32,000 bases of DNA from Candidatus Saccharimonadota bacterium (GCA_001029695.1 CP011211.1:840001-872000), one strand, 5' to 3'; numbered from the stretch's first letter, positions 1-14,226 are shown. The notes: generated by a model from the letters alone, not told the origin. Numbers and translations are program-made.

Positions 1-892
1 ACTCTACGACGAACGTTCGTGTCTGCGTTTCTCCCGGAGCAAGCGACACAGTTGGCCATGTGAGCGCGTGAGTGTCTTTGTCGAAAGTTGCTGCACCTGC
101 ATCAACAAGCGTAGTGTATTCAAGGGTATCGGCAAGTCGAATAGTGAATGGAGCTACGATAGGTGCTTTTGTGGTATTTGTAGCCTGTAGTTGATAAGAA
201 AGCTTGTCGCGTGGCAATGCTTTTGTTGTCGTACCGTCGCTGTTCTGAGACACATTAGTGATTGTCAGCTGCTTTTGAACGGCTGTATCAATTGGGTTGA
301 TTGTTAGCGTAGGAGGGACTTCACGAACGGCGAGCCCAGCACTACTCTTAACGATAGCAAACCAACCTGATTGTTTAGACTGGCCGATCCAAGCAGGCAA
401 TGACTGGGCATTGTTCTTGGTAGTTGCCTGAGAGAGTGCAAGAGGGCTTAGATAGCGGTTCGCTTCTCCTCCCGCGCTCCGTTTGTAGGTGAAGCTAACC
501 TCGCCGTCATCACTACTAAATTGGCCATACCGACTCATTAGGTATATATTGTCTTGGGCCGATACTGAGCTATAGTGGCTAGCCACGATTTCATCTCGAG
601 TGATCCCTGCTGCAGTGTAAATGTCTTTCAGGTCATCGCTATTGTTATCATAGCGCAGTAGAAGATCTTCAATATTTTGTACGCCACCTCTAATAAGGTC
701 CTGCTCGCTAGAGGCATTGGCTGACTCGGGAGGAGAAAATACTGCAAGTGACTGTACGACAACGGCGAGAACGACAAACAACACCGTTAACCGACGGGTG
801 ATCTCTTCTTGGCGAAGGCGGCGTGCATAGAACCCTACTTGGGTGATAAGCGCCGGGCTGAATGCTAGATTTGAAACTAATTTACGAAACAT
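1..892 (-). CDS. Surface/secreted protein, N-terminal 297 codons; the gene continues past the left edge
   Basis: My reverse-complement translation from the ATG at 892-890 stays open to position 1 (MFRKLVSNLAFSPALITQVGFYARRLRQEEITRRLTVLFVVLAVVVQSLAVFSPPESANA...). It has an N-terminal hydrophobic anchor or signal. A later beta-rich segment (KLSYQLQATNTTKAPIVAPFTIRLADTLEYTTLV...GETQTRTFVV) resembles DUF11-type repeat domains. It is absent from the ORF track because no stop codon lies in the window. Confidence 0.75.
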   Translation of the reverse strand, partial: MFRKLVSNLAFSPALITQVGFYARRLRQEEITRRLTVLFVVLAVVVQSLAVFSPPESANASSEQDLIRGGVQNIEDLLLRYDNNSDDLKDIYTAAGITRDEIVASHYSSVSAQDNIYLMSRYGQFSSDDGEVSFTYKRSAGGEANRYLSPLALSQATTKNNAQSLPAWIGQSKQSGWFAIVKSSAGLAVREVPPTLTINPIDTAVQKQLTITNVSQNSDGTTTKALPRDKLSYQLQATNTTKAPIVAPFTIRLADTLEYTTLVDAGAATFDKDTHALTWPTVSLAPGETQTRTFVVE

Positions 893-973
893 TGCTCTTT
901 ATTCTTTTTTGTTTGTGTACAAATAACCTCTTGTGTAGTAGATTAGCATAAGAATTGTGTTCAATGCAAGCGC

Positions 974-1002
974 TTGAGTGAATACAAATAGTCCTATATA
1001 AT
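974..1002 (+). promoter_or_regulatory. Candidate sigma70-type promoter of the gyrB-gyrA operon
   Basis: TTGAGT (974-979), 17 nt spacer, TATAAT (997-1002). An SD-like GAGGGA sits at 1040-1045, before the ATG at 1049. Confidence 0.5.
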
Positions 1003-1033
1003 AGACGTAAAGTAAATAGCTGAACAGACGTAA

Positions 1034-3028
<1,995 letters not shown>

Positions 3029-3030
3029 TC

Positions 3031-5553
3031 ATGGATGATGAAACTATTGATGTAAATGATACACCGATTGAGGGTGAACTTGTTGTGCCCCAGACGCACT
3101 CAAGGATAGTTGAAAACCAAACTGTTGAGAATGTGATGGAAGATAGCTTCCTGAAATATTCGATGAGTGTCATTATTGATCGTGCTCTTCCAGATGTTCG
3201 TGACGGCATGAAGCCAGTTCATCGTCGTATTTTATACAGCATGGGTGAACAGAACTTGCGTCCAGGTGGACGATTCCTAAAGAGTGCACGTATCGTCGGT
3301 GACGTTATGGGTAAATATCACCCGCACGGTGATTCATCGATTTACTTCTCGATGGTACGATTGGCCCAAGACTGGGTGATGCGATACCCGCTTGTAAACG
3401 GACAGGGAAACTACGGATCTATGGATGGCGATCCGCCGGCTGCAAGTCGCTATACTGAAGCGCGACTTGGGCGAGCAGGTAACGAGCTGCTAACTGATCT
3501 TGATAAAGATACGGTTGATTTTCGCGATAACTACGACGGTAGTGAGCAGGAGCCGTCGGTTCTACCCGCAAAGCTTCCGAATCTTCTTCTGAACGGACAG
3601 ATCGGTATCGCTGTTGGTATGGCGACAAACATTCCACCTCATAACCTTGGCGAGTTGGTTGACGCGACAATTCATCTGATCGACAACCCTGAGACGACGA
3701 CAATTGATGACCTATTGCAGTATGTTAAGGGGCCAGACTTCCCGACGGGGGCGATTGTGTATGGCGGGGCGCCGATGAAGCAGGCATATCAAACTGGGCG
3801 CGGCAGCGTCATGATCCGCGCCGTGACGAATATCGAAGAGACGAAAAAAGGTCGCAGTCAGATCATTATTACGGAAATGCCATATGGTGTAAATAAAGCA
3901 ACGCTTATTGAGAAGATTGCCGAACTACATAAGGATAAAAAGATTCTCATTAGCGATCTTCGCGATGAAAGTGCTCGCGGTAAGGTTAGAGTTGTCGTTG
4001 AGCTTCGTAAAGATGCGTACCCGAAGAAAGTACTCAACCAGCTCTTTAAGTTAACGGCTCTTCAGACAAGCTTCCACTTCAATATGCTCGCTCTTATAGA
4101 TGGTATCCAGCCAAAAGTGCTCGGACTTCACGAGATTCTTGAAGAATTTGTAAAACATCGTCGTATTGTAGTGCGCCGTCGAACGGAATTTGAACTGAAG
4201 GCTGCTAAAGCTCGTGCTCATATCCTCGAAGGGTATAAGATTGCACTCGATCATATTGATGAGGTAATTAAGTTAATTCGTGCTAGCAAGACGAGTGAGA
4301 TTGCTCAAGCTGGATTGATAGAGAAGTTCGGTCTCTCTGAGATACAGGCCCAGGCTATTCTTGCGATGCAGCTCCGACGTTTGACAGGACTAGAACGCGA
4401 TAAGATTGAGAACGAACTCAATGAACTCCTCGCGTTGATTGCAAAACTTGAAGCAATTCTCGCGAGTGAGACGGAAATCCTTCGGATCATTAAAGAAGAG
4501 CTCCTTGAGATGAAGGAAAAATTCGGTGATGATCGACGTAGCCAGATGATCAATCATGAGTTGGGCAAGTTTAGTGACGAAGAATTGATCCCTGAAGAGG
4601 AGAGCGTTATTCTTCTGACAACTGAGAATTACATAAAGCGAACATTGGTGAGCGAGTATCGTCGTCAAAATCGTGGCGGCAAGGGTAAGCGAGGTATGAC
4701 GACAAAAGAAGAGGATATTATTGATCAGCTTGTACCTGCAAGTACGCACGACTATCTTCTCTTCTTTACGAACCGTGGTCGCATTTTCCGGCTTAAAGCC
4801 TATGAGGTTCCGGCGGCGAGCCTTGCTGCTAAGGGCGTTGCGGCAGTTAACCTCCTCCAGCTTCAACCTGAAGAGAAAATAACGTCGATCATTCGACATG
4901 AAAAGGACGCTAAGGACGATGGCTTCCTATTTATGGCGACGACGAAGGGGACAATCAAAAAGACACCACTGAAAGACTATGCAAATATTCGTACTAACGG
5001 TTTGATTGCAATCAAACTTGACGATGGCGACGAGCTTCGATGGATTAAGAAGACAAGTGGAAGTAATGATGTGATCATTTCAACTTCCGCCGGACAGGCA
5101 GTCCGCTTCAATGAAGCAGACGCTCGTCCAATGGGTCGCACAGCTCGAGGTGTTCGAGGTGTTCGCCTGCGTCCTAACGACAGTGTTGTCGGTATGGATG
5201 TTGTTGATGACGATGGTCGTCGGTTGCTCGTGATTAGCGAGCAAGGGTACGGTAAGGCTACAAAGGTAGCGAACTTCCCTAGTCATAAGCGTGGCGGAGT
5301 TGGTATCAAGGCGGCTGTTGTAACGGCGAAGACAGGACCAATCATATCGGTTCAAACGCTTGAGGCTGAGGCTGGCGAAGTGTTGCTTATCTCTAATCAG
5401 GGTCAGGCAATTAGAGTCGCACTTAAGGATATTCCAACGCTTGGGCGTACGACACAAGGTGTTCGTATAATGAAACTTCGCGAAGGTGATGCTGTGTCAT
5501 CTCTTGGTCTTATGCCGGAGCAGGCGCCGGCTGCCGAAGAAGAAGAGGCGTAG
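3031..5553 (+). CDS. gyrA: DNA gyrase subunit A
   Basis: 840 aa. Contains [19 protein letters not shown], the QRDR-type segment [12 protein letters not shown], the active-site region [10 protein letters not shown], and a C-terminal beta-pinwheel repeat region. It starts 2 nt after the gyrB stop. Confidence 0.98.
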   Translation: MDDETIDVNDTPIEGELVVPQTHSRIVENQTVENVMEDSFLKYSMSVIIDRALPDVRDGMKPVHRRILYSMGEQNLRPGGRFLKSARIVGDVMGKYHPHGDSSIYFSMVRLAQDWVMRYPLVNGQGNYGSMDGDPPAASRYTEARLGRAGNELLTDLDKDTVDFRDNYDGSEQEPSVLPAKLPNLLLNGQIGIAVGMATNIPPHNLGELVDATIHLIDNPETTTIDDLLQYVKGPDFPTGAIVYGGAPMKQAYQTGRGSVMIRAVTNIEETKKGRSQIIITEMPYGVNKATLIEKIAELHKDKKILISDLRDESARGKVRVVVELRKDAYPKKVLNQLFKLTALQTSFHFNMLALIDGIQPKVLGLHEILEEFVKHRRIVVRRRTEFELKAAKARAHILEGYKIALDHIDEVIKLIRASKTSEIAQAGLIEKFGLSEIQAQAILAMQLRRLTGLERDKIENELNELLALIAKLEAILASETEILRIIKEELLEMKEKFGDDRRSQMINHELGKFSDEELIPEEESVILLTTENYIKRTLVSEYRRQNRGGKGKRGMTTKEEDIIDQLVPASTHDYLLFFTNRGRIFRLKAYEVPAASLAAKGVAAVNLLQLQPEEKITSIIRHEKDAKDDGFLFMATTKGTIKKTPLKDYANIRTNGLIAIKLDDGDELRWIKKTSGSNDVIISTSAGQAVRFNEADARPMGRTARGVRGVRLRPNDSVVGMDVVDDDGRRLLVISEQGYGKATKVANFPSHKRGGVGIKAAVVTAKTGPIISVQTLEAEAGEVLLISNQGQAIRVALKDIPTLGRTTQGVRIMKLREGDAVSSLGLMPEQAPAAEEEEA

Positions 5554-5994
5554 GTGAGCGCACTGTCGCCGTATATCATTGCTATTGTTAGCGCTTGGGT
5601 GATTGCTCAGGGTGCAAAGTATGTGATTGCGGCGGCCAAAGGTCGCTCGATGCGCAATCTTCGGTACCTCTATCTATCTGGAAATATGCCAAGCGCACAT
5701 AGTGCGACAGTAGTAGCACTGGTGACAGTCATCGGTCTTCGCGACGGACTACATTCTGGAGTCTTTGCGCTTGGCGCACTATTTGCAGCAATCGTAATGT
5801 ATGACGCTGTTATGGTTCGACGATCGTCTGGTGAACAGGGGACTGCTCTCCAGCAGCTTATAAAAGAGCAAAAGAGTTCAATTAAGTTACCTCGAGCAGC
5901 AAAGGGGCATGAGCCGGCTGAAGTTATGGTCGGAGCAATACTAGGGCTTGCGATAGGGATTGCCGTACAGGTTGCAAGTGTGCCGCAAATCTAA
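5554..5994 (+). CDS. Divergent PAP2-family (DUF212, acid-phosphatase-related) membrane protein
   Basis: 146 aa and polytopic. The motifs GNMPSAHSATVVAL ... MYDA..VRR..GEQG are typical of DUF212. A GTG start directly abuts the gyrA stop, suggesting translational coupling. Confidence 0.75.
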   Translation: MSALSPYIIAIVSAWVIAQGAKYVIAAAKGRSMRNLRYLYLSGNMPSAHSATVVALVTVIGLRDGLHSGVFALGALFAAIVMYDAVMVRRSSGEQGTALQQLIKEQKSSIKLPRAAKGHEPAEVMVGAILGLAIGIAVQVASVPQI

Positions 5995-6011
5995 TTTGTA
6001 TGTTTTGCTGG

Positions 6012-6043
6012 AAAATAAGTAGTCGAAAGCCTACTTATTTTTT
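6012..6043 (+). terminator. Intrinsic terminator after the gyrBA-DUF212 operon
   Basis: Stem AAAATAAGTAG (6012-6022) pairs with CTACTTATTTT (6031-6041). The loop is 8 nt and a T-run follows. Confidence 0.75.
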
Positions 6044-6176
6044 ATCTAAACCGTAAGAGGAAAGAGGGGTATGATAACAGGGGTCGACAAGTTACTTAGA
6101 TGAAAGGTTATATTGAATTGAATAGTCGGTATGAGGTAAGTTGTTTTTTTAGCTACAATGAAATACAAAATAACCC

Positions 6177-6206
6177 TTGACGATAGTGACATTGCTGAAG
6201 TATGAT
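6177..6206 (+). promoter_or_regulatory. Candidate promoter for 16S rRNA
   Basis: TTGACG (6177-6182), 18 nt spacer, TATGAT (6201-6206), about 150 nt upstream of mature 16S. Confidence 0.4.
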
Positions 6207-6280
6207 TGGTAACAGTCTGGTTGCAAGCAAACAAGCAAACGCAATACCTGAGCTGTGGAGTTCTAACAGATGATCAAAGT

Positions 6281-6314
6281 CCTTTGACAATTTAGTTGTG
6301 CAATAATCATCGTC
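6281..6314 (+). promoter_or_regulatory. 16S leader: boxA-like antitermination motif plus the 5' arm of the 16S processing helix
   Basis: CCTTTGACAATTTAG (6281-6295) resembles the E. coli rrn boxA region CTCTTTAACAATTTA (from memory). Positions 6288-6314 are complementary to 7969-7993. Confidence 0.6.
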
Positions 6315-6356
6315 AGTTTATATGAGTGAATCAAAGAATGTCTTTAAGACAATCTT

Positions 6357-7833
<1,477 letters not shown>

Positions 7834-7968
7834 AGGGAGAGTTATGCCATCGATTCGAGTAATCAATCGGTGAAGCTAGGTCGGTCTTGTTGGTAAGTTG
7901 AACTTACTTACTGACTTTAGTTCCTTTCGAGGAGCAAGACTAAGTTCAAAAAAATCTTGTAAAGACCA

Positions 7969-7993
7969 GACGATGATTAGCACAACTAAATTG
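7969..7993 (+). other. 3' arm of the 16S processing (RNase III-type) helix
   Basis: The reverse complement of 7969-7993 equals 6288-6314, apart from a 2-nt bulge (14 bp + 11 bp). Confidence 0.7.
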
Positions 7994-8000
7994 TTAAAGT

Positions 8001-8037
8001 AATAAGCCTATCGGTAATACGATAGGCTTATTTGTTT
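8001..8037 (+). terminator. Intrinsic terminator immediately after the 16S processing helix
   Basis: A perfect 13-bp stem AATAAGCCTATCG (8001-8013) / CGATAGGCTTATT (8020-8032) with a 6-nt loop, followed by TGTTTT. Confidence 0.65.
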
Positions 8038-8158
8038 TATCATGATGCACGCAGTATGCCTCTGCGAGTGACGCTACTGTAGTCATATCTTAGGCTGCGA
8101 GGCCTTACCTATAGAAGGATGACGGCAGCACCATATGAAGGTAAACTGTTTCACCTAT

Positions 8159-8190
8159 AAAAATAACCTCTCGCATGAGAGGTTATTTTT
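8159..8190. terminator. Bidirectional intrinsic terminator
   Basis: AAAAATAACCTCTC (8159-8172), loop GCAT, GAGAGGTTATTTTT (8177-8190). An A-run lies on one side and a T-run on the other. It sits 17 nt past the stop of the minus-strand ORF at 8207. Confidence 0.7.
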
Positions 8191-8206
8191 ATAGTTAGTT
8201 TATTTT

Positions 8207-8452
8207 TTATCCGTTGCGTATTCCGTCAAAGAGACTGCCGAAGATAAGGCCAAGCAGTAGCGTATGAAGGTTTATCATAGCTACGAGCCCAACACCTACC
8301 ATGATGAGTGCGGCAAGCTTGTAGCGGTCATAGCTTCCTGCGCCGCCACCGAAGTTATCGGCTACAAACATATGATATTTTATAAAAAGACCGCCCAATG
8401 CTGTAATGATTAGGCCTACAACGAACCACGGTATACTAAATTCATAATCCAT
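8207..8452 (-). CDS. Small membrane protein (81 aa, two predicted TM helices), function unknown
   Basis: I trimmed the track ORF 8207..8563 to the internal ATG at 8452, because the upstream extension overlaps tRNA-Ala. The product is MDYEFSIPWFVVGLIITALGGLFIKYHMFVADNFGGGAGSYDRYKLAALIMVGVGLVAMINLHTLLLGLIFGSLFDGIRNG. A minus-strand TATAAT (8464-8459) lies 6 nt before the ATG. Confidence 0.55.
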   Translation of the reverse strand: MDYEFSIPWFVVGLIITALGGLFIKYHMFVADNFGGGAGSYDRYKLAALIMVGVGLVAMINLHTLLLGLIFGSLFDGIRNG

Positions 8453-8467
8453 ATGCCAATTATACCC

Positions 8468-8496
8468 TTGATACTTGATATAATCTACGGTAAAAT
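8468..8496 (+). promoter_or_regulatory. Candidate promoter of the tRNA cluster
   Basis: TTGATA (8468-8473), 17 nt spacer, TAAAAT (8491-8496). An extended -10 TGATATAAT also occurs at 8476-8484. The site is about 60 nt upstream of tRNA-Ala. Confidence 0.45.
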
Positions 8497-8556
8497 GGAT
8501 AAAGTTTGAGGCGCAAGTTGGTTTACTATGCTTCGCCAAAAGACAGTTAATAATTT

Positions 8557-8633
8557 GGGGCAATAGCTCAGTTGGCTAGAGCACCTGCTTTGCAAGCAGG
8601 GGGTCCGGGGTTCGAGTCCCCGTTGCTCCACCA
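8557..8633 (+). tRNA. tRNA-Ala (anticodon UGC), CCA encoded
   Basis: I folded the cloverleaf by hand. The acceptor stem is GGGGCAA/TTGCTCC with the G3:U70 alanine identity pair. The anticodon loop is CTTTGCAAG and the T-arm is CGGGGTTCGAGTCCCCG. Confidence 0.95.
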
Positions 8634-8749
8634 GAGTATCTATCGAATACTACATTCGGTGAATACTCTGGTGGAATACCAGAGTATGGGGTGGAGCAGG
8701 CTTCGGTCTGCGACACTCCACCAAGTACCTTTCAGATAGTTCACCGTGC

Positions 8750-8826
8750 GGGCGCTTAGCTCAGTTGGCTAGAGCACCTCGTTTACACCGAGGGGGTCGG
8801 GGGTTCGAGCCCCTCAGCGCCCACCA
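8750..8826 (+). tRNA. tRNA-Val (anticodon UAC), CCA encoded
   Basis: Acceptor stem GGGCGCT/AGCGCCC, anticodon stem-loop CCTCG-TTTACAC-CGAGG, T-arm GGGGGTTCGAGCCCCTC. Confidence 0.95.
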
Positions 8827-8860
8827 TGAACTTATGAATACAAAAACACCACATATTTGT

Positions 8861-8937
8861 GGGCGATTAGCTCAGCTGGTTAGAGCGCGTCACTGATAAT
8901 GACGAGGTCGGAGGTTCAAGTCCCTCATCGCCCACCA
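8861..8937 (+). tRNA. tRNA-Ile (anticodon GAU), CCA encoded
   Basis: Acceptor stem GGGCGAT/ATCGCCC, anticodon stem-loop CGTCA-CTGATAA-TGACG, T-arm GGAGGTTCAAGTCCCTC. Confidence 0.95.
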
Positions 8938-8953
8938 CTATGTGGTGTTTTTT
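8933..8953 (+). terminator. Terminator-like hairpin plus T-run overlapping the tRNA-Ile 3' end
   Basis: CACCAC (8933-8938), loop TAT, GTGGTG (8942-8947), then TTTTTT (8948-8953). Alternatively, 8939-8952 pairs with 8842-8855 (see findings). Confidence 0.4.
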
Positions 8954-8976
8954 GTTTGGTGAAATATAATAGACAT

Positions 8977-9465
8977 ATGGCAATTGAAGCATTTAGAGGT
9001 GACTACTATCCTTTTAGTAATATGTATCCATTAGAAACATGGATCAAGGCAGATTGCGGCGAGGATGTACCTACGTCAGAGCATGCCTATATGGCAAATC
9101 GATTCTCACTCTACGATGATCAGTTAAAAGTGGCACTTGCACGTGGATCGGCAGCGGATAATTTCAGTGCGAAGCATGGAGTTGCCGCAAAAGAGCGAGC
9201 ATATGAGCTCATTCGAGAAGGGGCGGTTCTTATAGACGAACGTGATGTTGCGAGGATTGCGTTGATGAAGCGTGTAGTGCAACTAAAGCTTGAAAATAAT
9301 GAGCATATAAAAGAGTTGCTTGAAGGTACTGGCGATCAGTCTATATATGAAGGAAACTCATGGGGCGATAGGTTTTGGGGTGTCTCTCCAGTAGGTTCAT
9401 GTCAGGGGTATAATAACCTTGGGCAGATTTTAATGTCATTGAGGCAGGAATTTCGAGAAGATTAA
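8977..9465 (+). CDS. NADAR-family protein (YbiA-like, DUF1768)
   Basis: I trimmed the track ORF 8899..9465 to the ATG at 8977, because the extension overlaps tRNA-Ile. The motifs PFSNMY, PTSEHAYMANRF, LLEGTG...EGN.WGDRFWGV and NNLGQILMSLRQEF align with E. coli YbiA (FSNF, PTSEHYFQAQKF, D.YWG, N.LG.LLMELR; from memory). TATAAT (8965-8970) lies 6 nt before the ATG and no SD is present. Confidence 0.8.
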   Translation: MAIEAFRGDYYPFSNMYPLETWIKADCGEDVPTSEHAYMANRFSLYDDQLKVALARGSAADNFSAKHGVAAKERAYELIREGAVLIDERDVARIALMKRVVQLKLENNEHIKELLEGTGDQSIYEGNSWGDRFWGVSPVGSCQGYNNLGQILMSLRQEFRED

Positions 9466-9518
9466 CAGGGGTGGGAGTGGGGTATTTCGTAACTTGTTTC
9501 TAAAATCACGATTTACTC

Positions 9519-9547
9519 TTGCAAAAGTGAATCGTGTCCAGTATAGT
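9519..9547 (+). promoter_or_regulatory. Candidate promoter for 23S-5S
   Basis: TTGCAA (9519-9524), 17 nt spacer, TATAGT (9542-9547), about 290 nt upstream of 23S. The -35 box sits at the apex of the imperfect hairpin at 9507-9536. Confidence 0.35.
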
Positions 9548-9753
9548 TATTAGAAGTTAAGCGAATGTTCAAACGAACCTCTGGCGATGTGTGATAAATA
9601 AGCAAATCGTGAGAGATTTTTTTATCGCAAAAAAGACAACAGATTCCACTAGACAACATGCGAGGTAAAGTGGTAGTATAAATAAGCTTGAGTGCAGACG
9701 AGACGCATCGGAAACGATGAATCAATATGTGCTCTCAAGTTGTGAGGACGCAG

Positions 9754-9833
9754 TTTTTTAACAATTTGGATGTAAGAAAAATTTTTTAAAGATTGACGGC
9801 AGTAATTGTTATTTAGCAATTACTAGTTAAGTC
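9754..9833 (+). promoter_or_regulatory. 23S leader: boxA-like motif plus the 5' arm of the 23S processing helix
   Basis: TTTTTTAACAATTTGG (9754-9769) is boxA-like. Three segments, 9765-9776, 9793-9802 and 9818-9833, are complementary in the correct antiparallel order to 13177-13188, 13154-13163 and 13118-13133. Confidence 0.6.
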
Positions 9834-9837
9834 AATG

Positions 9838-13070
<3,233 letters not shown>

Positions 13071-13117
13071 TCCTTGTCACTCTAGTTAATACTTGTATTA
13101 ACAAAAGTGATGAGGTA

Positions 13118-13188
13118 GACTTAACTAGTAATTGGTGAATATCAAATGATATCACTGACGTCAGTTTTTAATTAAACTTACATCCAAA
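13118..13188 (+). other. 3' arm of the 23S processing helix
   Basis: GACTTAACTAGTAATT (13118-13133), ACTGACGTCA (13154-13163, one mismatch) and CTTACATCCAAA (13177-13188) complement the 23S leader segments. Confidence 0.65.
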
Positions 13189-13273
13189 CTACCGTGCATT
13201 TGTCTAAGGACATCGAAGCAAGGTTTAGACCCACTGACTTATATATGTCAGCGCAAAGTGTCTTAAGCCTTAC

Positions 13274-13382
13274 TTCGGTGCCCATGGCGCTGGGGAAATA
13301 CCTGTTCTCATTCCGAACACAGAAGTCAAGCTCAGCAGCGGCGATTATACTGCCACAAGTGGGAAACTAGCACGGTGCCGAA
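13274..13382 (+). rRNA. rrf: 5S ribosomal RNA
   Basis: Conserved CCGAACACAGAAGTCAAGCTC. Helix I forms between TTCGGTGCC and GGTGCCGAA, using two G:U pairs. Ends are accurate to about 5 nt. Confidence 0.9.
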
Positions 13383-13387
13383 TTATA

Positions 13388-13418
13388 AAAAGACCATCCG
13401 AATAGGATGGTCTTTTTC
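13388..13418 (+). terminator. Intrinsic terminator after 5S
   Basis: AGACCATCC (13391-13399), loop GAATA, GGATGGTCT (13405-13413), then TTTTT. Confidence 0.8.
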
Positions 13419-13465
13419 TTTACCTCTGAAATCATAAGCTTTTTGATGGTATACTGGGATAAGTT

Positions 13466-14224
13466 ATGTGCAAAGTTTGTTCACTCGCTTATTCAACAAT
13501 AGCTCTTGCGGTAGGGATGACCACTGGTACAATGCCGTACGTCCAGTTTGCATCTGCTAAGCAACAGTCAAATGCTGCCCAGTTAGCCCAACTCGATCCA
13601 TTGCCGTCGGTGCTGACGACGCTGAAGCCACCAACATTGAAAGATCCAATGTGGCTCTCTGAACAAAAAGCAGCAGATGCGGCGGTGAGTAAGCGCGTAA
13701 ATAGTAGTATGCCTGCAAATTCAACCGGCAAGCGTGTCGTGACATATGATGTTACGACAAAAGGTGCTATCATTTCTAGTCTTGCCGAGTTTAAGCAGCA
13801 AGCTAATACAACACTGAACGACCAGCGCGGATGGTCGCGAATGGGCGTGACATTTCAAGAGGTGAGTACTGGTGGCCAATTTACACTTGTACTTAGTGAG
13901 GCTAGCCAGGTGCCGAGCTTTTCTCCTGGTGGTTGCGATGCTGAATATAGCTGTAGGGCGGGAAGGTATGTGATCATCAACCAAGATCGATGGTCTATGG
14001 CGACGCCATCCTGGAATACTGCTGGAGGTAGCTTACGCGATTATCGTCATATGGTTGTTAATCACGAGACTGGCCACTGGCTCGGACATGGACACGCTAG
14101 CTGTACGGGTGCAGGGCAGCCCGCACAGGTCATGCAGCAGCAATCAATGAGCCTACAGGGGTGCAGCTTTAATGCGTGGCCGACAGCTAGTGAACTTTGG
14201 TCTACTCAGTTGGGGATCGGGTAG
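13466..14224 (+). CDS. Secreted putative zinc metallopeptidase, DUF3152-like
   Basis: 252 aa with an N-terminal signal-like segment. HETGHWLGHGH (14063-14095) is an HExxHxxGxxH motif. The context SCRAGRYVIINQDRW...YRHMVVNHETGHWLGHGH...C...AWP resembles actinobacterial DUF3152 proteins (from memory). An extended -10 TGGTATACT lies at 13447-13455. Confidence 0.65.
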   Translation: MCKVCSLAYSTIALAVGMTTGTMPYVQFASAKQQSNAAQLAQLDPLPSVLTTLKPPTLKDPMWLSEQKAADAAVSKRVNSSMPANSTGKRVVTYDVTTKGAIISSLAEFKQQANTTLNDQRGWSRMGVTFQEVSTGGQFTLVLSEASQVPSFSPGGCDAEYSCRAGRYVIINQDRWSMATPSWNTAGGSLRDYRHMVVNHETGHWLGHGHASCTGAGQPAQVMQQQSMSLQGCSFNAWPTASELWSTQLGIG

Positions 14225-14226
14225 TA

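Noticed and set aside
4390-4899. Long antisense ORFs inside conserved genes: 4390..4899 in gyrA, 15906..16541 in the M14 gene, 18384..18908 in ROK, 21284..21757 in infB and 30071..30529 in recJ
   Set aside because: They lie opposite strongly supported genes, have low-complexity or Ser/Cys/Arg-rich composition, and have no independent signals.
8100-8150. SRP (4.5S) RNA-like motif GAAGGATGACGGCAGCACC
   Set aside because: It is only loosely similar to the conserved domain IV sequence GGAAGGAAGCAGCC, and the flanking helix and GNRA loop are not reproduced.
8453-8563. N-terminal extension of the minus-strand ORF 8207..8563
   Set aside because: The extension runs into tRNA-Ala (8557 onward) and through the tRNA promoter region. 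The internal ATG at 8452 begins the hydrophobic protein and has a -10 box just upstream.
8899-8976. N-terminal extension of the NADAR ORF (track start 8899)
   Set aside because: It overlaps tRNA-Ile and the terminator-like hairpin. Homology to YbiA begins at the ATG at 8977.
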